64,000 nucleotides of DNA from positions 3,486,609 to 3,550,608 of the forward strand of contig NW_003526943.1 in the NCBI RefSeq assembly GCF_000181795.1, in the 5' to 3' direction. The translations under genes and the position numbers were made by a program. This DNA is from Trichinella spiralis (taxonomy: Eukaryota). The notes beneath the pieces are model-generated. The model was not told the origin of the DNA, ran no database searches, and saw nothing but the letters and a program-made list of their open reading frames with translations. Below are positions 54,498-64,000 of this stretch, piece by piece; the first letter of the stretch is position 1, and each line of letters begins with the position of its first letter.

Positions 54498-56323
54498 TTA
54501 CTTCGATTTCGCGTGGCGACGCGCTTTTTCTTTTCTTCCTTTGCCACTGAAATTGCCTTTTCCTCTGTAACGAGCCATCTGTTTGATTTTAGTTTTCGAC
54601 ACTTTCTTTTTAGCTTTTCCATCTTTTCCATTTTCAGCATTCCGTTCACGATTTCTAATAAACAAAAAATTACAAAAGTAATAAATCTGTACAGGCAAAT
54701 AATGGCGCAAATAAGAAAAAATGTTCTACTTTTGCTCTTCAGCTTGATTCTGCATTTTTATAGCCTAAAAGAAAAATATGCTGCTGTTATTATTAACATC
54801 ATATAACTTGAAAACAATAAATCCAACGTTGAAAGGATAAGCTACCTTGTTAACATTTAAAATCTCTGTTTTGGATTGCATTGCTTTCAGGGTTTGAAAA
54901 TATCGATCCTTTTCTTCCTGTGCGGATATTTCGTTGGGCAAGAACTACAACGCAAACAATAATAATGCATGCAGAACAGAAATTTCAAACAAAAATGAAA
55001 AACCAAATAGACATTAATAATAATAAATTAAAAAACTGATAATAAAATATATAAAATTATTATTCCAAGTACTTTATTCTTTTTTCCTTTATTTTTTGGT
55101 GCTTTTTCTCCACGCAATTTTTCGGCGAATTTTCCCATCGATGCGGTTGCAAGTCGTGCTCGTTCCACTTTGTGTGCTACCTGAAATTTTGCAAAAATAC
55201 AAATATGCCCAAACAGAGAAGATCAGAATTTTAAATTTGCCTCTTCTTTCGTTTTAATCACACTTTCCAATCCCACGCCAATGTGCGGAAGAGCTGAAAC
55301 AACATGTCTGATGAATTTTCAAATCAAATGCAAAAAAATCAAAATTCAATTTTACACGATAACACAGAAGAAGATGATCCTTTCACTCTGCGAGAGATAT
55401 TTTTCAAACGACGAAGTTCATTTTTAGCTATCCTTTCTTTCTTCGCTTCTTTCCGCTCACCAAAATAATCCACATACGGATCTGAATGACATGATTAGAT
55501 TTTCATTTTCAATTTTCAAATTTCTACCAACCCTTCTGTCTTGGTATTTCAATTAGCCAATCTTTTGTATTATCGTTGGCCCTATTGTAACCCCAACGTG
55601 GTTTCCAATCCTTGAATTGATGCTTCTTTTCAAAGAAAGAAAGAAAAAAAAATCTCTGACAAAAAAAAATCACACCTGAGCAGCTTCGTCCCAAATCATT
55701 CTCGTCCTCTTCCTCTTCTGTATACCTTTCATTTTTGCATATTCTTCCCATTTTGTAGGAGGCGCTTTTTTAGGAATCTAAACAGCAACGTATTCTATTT
55801 ATATGCACAGACAATAGTTAATCCACTGAAAAAATATTCAGTGTCTCTTTCAATTACTGGCTTTTCACGAGGCAATCTTGACGTTGGTGCTGGAAGCTGA
55901 ATAAACAAATCATAACAATTAAATGAGAACATGTATGCAAGGTAAAATTGCAATGTATGCAAAAAAAACTACCTCTACAACGATAGCATCTTCTATTCGT
56001 TGAGTGGGCAACTGAAGTAAAAATAAAAAGTTTTGAAAAACGTGAAAAACAAAAATAACATCACTCAACCTCCCAAAGTTTATTGGCCATAAGCTGTACG
56101 CTTTCGCGAACTTTATTCATAACGGCCATTTCCGTATTTTCTCTATAAAAAGAAGAAAAAAAACAATATATATGCATATTTTACATTAAAAAAACCAATC
56201 AACAAACTTCATCAAATGCTGATCCACAGGCTCTTGTTCATCAACAAGCAAATTGCCAAGATCAATCAATGGATCAACGGCTCTCGTAATGTTCAAACCA
56301 GTATTACAAGTCGGCTCGACCAT
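54498..56323 (-). CDS. RRS1: Ribosome biogenesis regulatory protein, multi-exon
   Basis: [53 protein letters not shown], and a Lys/Arg-rich tail. Confidence 0.93.
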
Positions 56324-56501
56324 TGAATCAAAAAATATGCAACCCTCCTTTATTCGAAATGAATAAATAATTAATAAATTAAACAGAATAAACAAAATAA
56401 ATATTCCAGTCGAAACAAAATACGACTACTGACTATGCGAATAACAAAAGTGTTGAAAAGTGAACAACATTTTGCGGAATTTTTTATTTTTTTACGAAAC
56501 A

Positions 56502-58955
56502 TCAGTCATGATCATTATCATGATTGTAACTGTCGTCAACAGCTTCGACCCAATAGCTGGCTACCCGACCCAAGTTGTACAAATCATCGTTCACCATTCC
56601 TTCAAAATCGAGAGAATAGGGATCGAATAATTCGGAAAATTTTCCCCCCATCGATTGTCCAATAGTGTAAGAACGTTCAGGGTCGGTGAACAAACTGTCC
56701 AAATTGATGCAAGGTTCGAAAACACTTCGTTCAACCATTTTCAACAGATTATGATCTTCTTCATCGCAATCATTAATTACAGCATGCGCTTCACGCACAT
56801 CGACAACATCTAAAAATGAATAACAACATATGAAAATAAACAAATAAAATTCAAAATATCTATTACTATCCGGAACATGCTCTGACGTGGATTTCTTTGA
56901 TTTGCTATTTCGAAATCTCATCATCCACGGATATCTGCATGCAAACAGCATATCACTACCTCGTTGATTGACGCCAGTAGGTCGGACATCCTCGGCCGGT
57001 GAATACGTATCTTTCTAAAAATAATATTTAAAAAATACAACAAAAAACAGTTATTAAAATAAAAATTCATTCACAATTTTCATAAAAACGTTCGGTATGA
57101 GCAAGAGATCTTTGACCATACGACCGCTGACTTGGTCCACGACACAGAGCTCGTTGCGAATGTCCATCAGCGCCAGACCCCAATGATTGACGCCGAAAGA
57201 CTTCGGCGCCGGGCAGTGTCCGCGCATCCAGTGGAACAGCAACGATGCGTTCGCGCCCACTTCCACGCAAAATTCGGATAACTTGTCGCGGTCCATTCCG
57301 CAGCCCAGCCAACCGTCCTCAACAGCATCGCAGTAGACCAGCAAGCTGGTCCCAGTTTGGTGTAGTGCCCGGGCCCAATTGCCGTCCGAGGCGAACCGTG
57401 CCCGGGCGCAACAGCGAACAGCGGCTAGGCCGGCGGTCGAGGCGCGCCAACGGACCCACTGTCCAGTTCGGCCGGCGTGATCGATGGCGTTCAGCGCGGC
57501 CGTCTGGCAACGCTGGGCACTGGCCAGCTGCACGACGCTATTGCCAACGTGGCCCAATCCCAAGGCGCGCAAACATTGGAACCAGTAGCAGTGCAACGGC
57601 GAGTGGAACTTTTTCCCGTCCGCTGTGACCAGGCCCCCACAACTGAAGCCCGGCCCGAGCATATGGGCCGAATCAAACGCGAGAACCTGGGCAGGGGCGT
57701 AATCGCCAGCGTCGCCGAGCTGCTGCTTGCCACGCCCGCGGTTTTTCTCCAACTGGCCATCATCTCCGCGCACGCGCATCAACAGCATTCCATAACGATT
57801 GGCGCCCACTGCCCAGGGACGATAATTTGGCAACTCTTCGTGCCACCAGTCGACCAAAGTCTCCAAGTCGACTTGCCATTTCAACATCCAACAACGCAAG
57901 CTGTGCAACGACCTCACGCCGGCGCCGAGCACCGAACCCATACGATCGCCGGCCAACAGCACGCCGGTCGGCCACGACCGTCTCGACGCTGACCACTGGG
58001 CTGCTTTGCAACGCCAAGCGGCTTCGTAAATCGCCTCGCGTTCGGTCGACCAAAGCAACGATTGGAATTTCTGCTCGCCAAAACGACTGGTCACAAATTC
58101 TCGGACCAAATCCTCAACTTGACCAGGATCCGGCTCGGACAACAGTCGACGTGCAATGTCGCCCAGCGGCTCGTTTCCGCCGAGCAGTTCGACCAACAGC
58201 GTGAACCAGTGGAAATGGTCGACTGAATAGAAAACCAAACCTGCCGTTCGAAACGGTTCAAAGTAAGTCACGCCCAACGGTCCGTCGTCCACCAGCACCA
58301 ACTGATCTGAACAGCTTTCTAACGGAGTTTGTTCTTCATTCGCTGTAGTGCAGAGTCGAGCCAACGGTGCTGTCTCGACGTCCAAATTGTCGAACGTTCC
58401 TTGCCGGCACCGCAGCTCGTCTCTCACTTCCATCAGTAGAATGCCCAGCTTGTTGGAGCCGAGTTTTGGAAAACCCGGTATCAAATTGGACCGTGTCCAG
58501 TAACGTCGCAACAATTCCGCCGACAGACCGTTGCGTTGGATCCAAACGACGAAAGCGCGTTGAGAAGAATGAGCGCAGCCGAACGAACTCGGACACCAGC
58601 GATCGACCGTCGGTATAATCAGCAATGCGTTACCAGAACCAAGCAGAGCCAGGCGGCAGTGTTCGTTTTGACTCAACTTGGCCACCAATGCCCGGCGGTA
58701 CAATTCCAATCCATGCTGTTCAAGCCACATCTGGCGCGCATCTGCAAACACATGGCCAACGGTATTGGCAAACTGTTCCTCCGCTCTGGCCTTCACGTAC
58801 TCATCAACGGTATTGTAAGTGGCTCCGTCCAGTTGAAATGTCGCCAAATAATTAAACGACAACGGACTGTCAGCATTTACGAACATCGCATTTTCTACAA
58901 CTGACAGACTACTCTCTGCATTGTCCATGTCAATGCATAGAGGACAACTGAGCAT
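56502..58955 (-). CDS. Protein with three tandem NADAR (YbiA-like) domains. One ~1.9-kb exon, probably spliced to small acidic 3' exons (57014-56502)
   Basis: Three repeats, each opening with an N-terminal NADAR motif (SPLSFNY..F.LDG..Y.TVDEY-type) and closing with GSNKLGILLMEVRDEL / GANRYGMLLMRVR / GVNHWGLALMDIRNEL. Also ALVAKLSQNEHCRLALLGSG and ARFASDGNWARALHQTG. The 3' exon structure is uncertain; the unspliced ORF stops at 57054. Confidence 0.8.
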
Positions 58956-59274
58956 TTCTCAAAAGAAAAACATTTAAACATCAATCTTAATCTTTCTCCA
59001 ATATGCAGTCAAATCAAGATAAACTATTGAAAATGTTGTTCAATCACATTTAAACATTAAACAAAACAGATTCTACACACAATTTATCAAAACATAATCA
59101 TTGCATAACTTTTGGGACAAAAATAGTTTTATGATTATCATACATCTCGATCAATCATGCTTTATGAGAGAACAAAAAAATGAAGTATACAATAAGTATA
59201 TAACTGCTGAAATATTTTCTCATGCTTTATATAATAACATACTGAAGAAAAATAATCCTGCAAAAATATAAAAC

Positions 59275-61096
59275 TCACTTACTGCATGTTTCCCTGAACA
59301 GTGAAGGCATTAAACGACTGCGCATTTCCATCAAAAGCATGCCATTAATATTTGCTCCAAGAACAGATGGACGAAACGAGGGATGAGTCAACCAAAAAAC
59401 AATTGTTGCTGGTTTGAGATCCTCTTTTTGGCACCAATTTTCAAAAGCAACAGAATTCATTCCAATTGACCAATCTTTATCAAATGAATTTACTTCGAGA
59501 AGAAACAAAGTACCAGTTTCCAAGAGAAGATCTTTCAACTCTGAATATTGATCGAACTTTCGTTCCAAGGCTTTTTTGAAAGCACTTTAAATAATTTATC
59601 ATCAAATCAAAAAATAATGTGTTGCGCATCAAATTAACCTCAACATTCGCTCGGATCGCCACTTCTGTATGTCCTCCGGTGGAAGAGTGGCGCATATTTC
59701 ATTGATAAATAATCGCAATCTGTTTCGACGACGACAACTTTTAACTTCCTTTGCGGCGTCCATTCTATTCATATCCCTAAAAATGTTCATCTTTTTTACA
59801 ATTAAAAATTGTACAATTCCTTCTTACCGCAAAAATTGTGCTGCAATGTAATGTTCAATAGTATAATAAAGCGTTTCACCTGCTACTACAGGCATCTCAA
59901 AAGTAGTTGACAAAGGTGCAAAACAACGTTCAAGAGTCAAAAATTCAAAAGAATACACATTTTCTCCACATTTAAGTTTGTCAAAGCAGTTTTTTCTCCA
60001 AACATTGCTCGTTCCTTAAAAAATAACTCATAATTTCATGTAAAAATAGAATCATTTTATTAAACCTCTTGAACTGGATTGGAATGTTTCACGTGAATCG
60101 GAAAATTTGTCGACTAACTGCTTGAAAGGAACTACTTTATCTTCACTGCTAAACAATGAACACGACAATTTGGGCAATCCAAGAAATTTTCTTCTTAAAT
60201 GCATCAAAGCAAGTCCGTTTATATTCGTACCCCACCAAGCAGGTATAAAACCATTTGTTGCAGGTAGAACGGAAAAGCTTTCCAAAATGTCGGTTTCTGA
60301 AAAATGCATTCCACAGCCCTGTAGAAGCCATTTTCGAAGCAAATGTTCATCTCCCAAAATGCCAAACAACCAGTCCGCACTGCATTCAACGATAATACCA
60401 TCTTCAAGAGAAAGTAGAATGTTTTTCAAATCTGAGTTCTGCGAAAAACTTTCTTTGTAATAGTCAACTAATGTCGATCGACTGAATTCCACCAAGCCAT
60501 TCACAACACCATACCGCTTTTTGTTGTGCATACTGTTCGCATTTAAAACTACATTCAATACAATGCTGTACGCGTCAACTGCAGATGCAGCGTTGACATT
60601 CCTCTTCGTTTCCCAATCGTCGACATCTGAAAAATGAAATATATCACAACAGAAGTACAGAAACATAATGTATGCAATATTCGCAATCAGGATAAAACTT
60701 TCGTTAACAAAATAAATCGAATAACATCGAGCATAGCATTCAAATAAACACGACAATTTTCATCCACTGAAAGTTAGTGTTAGAACAACTGCTGCATATT
60801 CGTGCACTGCAAAAACTGAAAAGCAAGGTAGTTTGAAAATTAAAGAGTACATTCAAATGCTTATGTGACCTGCGATAAAGCATTAATTCTATATTATTAA
60901 TATTTTAAAAGACGTGCATTGGTGAAGAAGGATCTTTATAACTTTACGTTACTTTACCTAGCTCACGAAGCAACTTCTCTGCCCAAAAATGGATAAAAGA
61001 AAGATAAAGGTTTCCATTTATTTTTACTGAATATTCATGAAAAACTGATAGCGGATGCTTTTGCTTTGAAATAGTAATTACATTATATTGAGCCAT
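59275..61096 (-). CDS. Protein with two tandem NADAR domains, multi-exon
   Basis: Domain 1: HPLSVFHEYSVKINGNLYLSFIHFW...FSQNSDLKNILL...VECSADWLFG...GTNINGLALMHLRR. Domain 2: APLSTTFEMPVVAGETLYYTIEHYIAA...RKFDQYSELKDLLLETGTLFLLEVNSFDKDWSIG...GANINGMLLMEMRSRL. Confidence 0.82.
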
Positions 61097-61971
61097 GTTA
61101 ACTGTTGTCTTTAATTTCGTATTTCTATACAAATACTCGTTAACATAAACATTAAGTAAATCAACCACATTTAAATATTATACAATGAACAACATTACGG
61201 TAATAATTAGATTTTCAAGAATAAATACTGAACTGCAGCAATAAAAACTTTCTTGCATGTTAATGACAGTAGCAATTTTAGTTCATTTTAAAAATATTTT
61301 TTATTCATATTCAAAAATAAAATACTGTAACGTAAATTAAATCCAGAATCGGCAGTGATAAAATCAGGAATTACTATGTTTTTCTTTTAATACTTACGGG
61401 AATGTTTCAGGAAATTGCAGAATACATTAATGCATATAAAATAAATTTTATGAATTATGAAATGTTTGACACATTGTATTTTATGAACATATTTTATGAA
61501 ATAGAAACGTTTAATTAGCAAAAACTGGAAACAGCATTAAAAATGCTGGATGTGAAGATTAATTATAAATTAATTTTTTAGTCTTAAAAATAATGCAAAT
61601 ACTGCTTAAATAAGTTTACTTTTCAATTAGTTAATTAATCAACTCCAAGTTAATTAGTTTATACCTGCATTTCACTTGAATACCATTTTTTATTTGTTGG
61701 TCACCTTAAAAAAATATAGTTTTTAGCATTTGTGTCGAAAATTTATTATGAATACGGTGAAACATTTTAAATTAACACAAAGTGGTAAGTTGTTTCTGTA
61801 TTATACAGTGCGTAATCCAACAGAAACAGTTGTTGTTTATACAAATATGCTTTTTTATAAAAATTTTGAATTGTTAATTGTTTGAAATAATTTCTGTATA
61901 AATTTTGGAAGTTTGCAATTTATATCATTAATTTATTGAAGTTTTGCATGTGTAATTTTTCCACAGATTTT

Positions 61972-64000
61972 ATGAATGATTTTGACAGTGGTGATAAGCC
62001 GTTTTATATGTCTGTATTTAATATTCAACAGAAAAGCGACTTTTACGTCAAGAAAAGATGAACCATAAAGATAGAAGAAAAGCTGCAAAGTTGAAAAAGA
62101 AAATGCGGCACTTGGCGTACACTTCTAAAATGTCGGTATGTTGTTATGCTACCGGTGCGATGGAATTGATAATATTTCATTTTTATTCATAGTATGAAGA
62201 AGTATGTAAAGAGGCGAACACAAAAAAGAAAGCTACATCAGAAAGGCCAAAAGTTTTGCCAACTAAAACTAAAAGTACTGCATTGGAAAAACGTTCACTG
62301 AAAGAAGAAAAGGTTGGTTTTTAATAAATGTTGATATGTTTTGTTGAAATTTTGGAATTCAGTAAAATGAATTTCATAAATTGAAGTTTATACGAATTTT
62401 CAATGTATGATTTTGGTTTATACGTTTAGCGTCGTGAAAAGCAGCGTCTTCTTCACAAGGAATTGTTGGAAAACGATAACAGAGAAATTAAAAAATATGA
62501 AAAATTGTTGAAATTGAAAAAGAAGAAAAATAATGCACTGTCAAAATCATTTTCCATTGATGGATTAGATTGTATGAATGATATGTTGTGTATAAAGGTG
62601 ACATTGAAATCGATTGGTATTATAGATCTACTTGAACTCTGTATGGGTAATAAACCTTATACTGACGGTTCTTCGGGTGATTTTACACGAGATACTAAAG
62701 ATTTGATTGGTGATGGTGAGGAAGTTCTTAGTGAGGAAGAAGAAATGAATTCAGAAGATGAAAATGGCGAAGAATTAGAAGAGGAAATGGAAGAAGAGAG
62801 AAATAGTGAAAATGCGGAATTTGCAAATAGTAAATTTAGTTTAGTTTCGTTTAGTTTACTTTAGTTTTTCATTTTTATTCACTCGTCTCATTGCTGCTGT
62901 TTCAGCTGAAAGAGAAAACATTTACGGAGATCAGTCAACAAGTGAGCTTCAGTGTGCTCTGAAGCATGAAATGTTGGACGAAACATTCGCTTCGCCCGAG
63001 GAACAAGCGATGGCAGAAAGAGTGGAAAAAATTCTTAAACGATTTATTAATAAGTAAATAAATATTATCTGGAAACAATTTTGAAAGGTAATAGTTTTGA
63101 TTTAGACTGAGTGAATCCAATGTTTTGGTTTCGTCCAGAGAAGTAATGGAATTGTTTCGAACTAATCCACAGCATGGTATGTATATTGTAATAATTTAAT
63201 TTTGTTTTTAAATATCTCTTTGGTATGGAGTAAATGAATGAATGAAATCAATGAATCTTATGTAGTGGTAAAACGTGTTTTTACGGAAGTGATCCTCGAT
63301 GCTTGTTTTACTGCGTTTCGTCTTCCTGATCGTCTTTTAATTACCATCTCCGTTCTTGTTGGCATTCTGCACTCAACGCTGTCGTCAAATTTCAGTGACG
63401 TTTAAAAAAGCAGATCTCCTTTAAATATCGTTAAGCCATATATTGTTTTAGGTGCTTACTTTGTTGAAATGTTGGTTCAGAAGTTAGAGGAGAAACGAAC
63501 AGATGAAAACGAACAAGAAATTGAAAGTAACGCACTCCAAAACGGTTATCTTCTTGTTGCATATTTATGTGCAATGAAGGCAAGCGTGATTTGCGTTGCA
63601 ATATTATTATAGGATTAATAGATGATGGTATTTTTTTAGGTCACATCTTATAAACTTTTGATGGATATTTTTAACAGTTTAATGCAATCAGGGCGTTGTC
63701 TGGATTTGCAGCTTTTAGTTCCATTAGTGAAAAGTAAGAGTTTGTTATGTAATATTTAATTGGAAGCTAATGAATAAAATGCTCTTTGAGGAGAAGTGAT
63801 AATTTTGAAAATTTATAACGAGCTTTGTAAATGTTCCAGATTTGGGTTTTGTGCTGAGAAAGGCTTGTCCAAGTGACTTAAAAGATTTTGTCATGTCTGC
63901 AATTGCGAAAATGGAGAAACATGGATCAGAATCTTCTAGGGCAGAGTATGAAAATTTATATCCTGTGTGGGAGATGTGTTTTATTTGTTTTTAGAGCATT
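61972..64000 (+). CDS. NOM1: Nucleolar MIF4G domain-containing protein 1 (Sgd1), 3'-partial
   Basis: KDRRKAAKLKKK; ENDNREIKKYEKLLKLKKKK...LSKSFSIDGLD; ENIYG; KRFINKLSESN (start of MIF4G domain). Runs off the right edge. Confidence 0.85.

Noticed and set aside
54342..54806. 154-aa Phe-rich plus-strand ORF
   Set aside because: Antisense shadow of the Lys-rich last exon of RRS1.
57245..58904. Several 80-170 aa plus-strand and alternative-frame ORFs
   Set aside because: Shadow ORFs caused by the GC-rich NADAR exon; no recognisable motifs.

Overview
AT-rich, intron-dense eukaryotic genomic DNA with many short introns and splice-acceptor-like sites just upstream of several start codons. This is consistent with a nematode, most plausibly a clade I species such as Trichinella (inference, not verified). 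From left to right the window holds: the 5' ~18 kb of a DNA-PKcs (PRKDC) gene running off the left edge; a MULE remnant; intronless UMP-CMP kinase and divergent TAF9-like genes; a K40-bearing alpha-tubulin; a TIR element; C1QBP/MAM33; a solo LTR with intact TSD; a 5-kb transposon graveyard (piggyBac, TIR element, MULE/FLYWCH); dynein light chain LC8; an SLC25A43-like carrier head-to-head with WDR60, with an X-box between them; six consecutive minus-strand genes (PRIM1, two tandem RacGAP1/CYK-4 paralogs, RRS1, two multi-NADAR genes); and the 5' part of NOM1. The most unusual element is the tandem pair of genes encoding 3 + 2 NADAR (YbiA-like) domains. All five domains share a Trp-rich insertion, most have eroded catalytic motifs, and the 3-domain gene lies on a 1.9-kb GC-rich exon. 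All protein calls come from recalled motif similarity, not database searches. Exon boundaries are manual and approximate.
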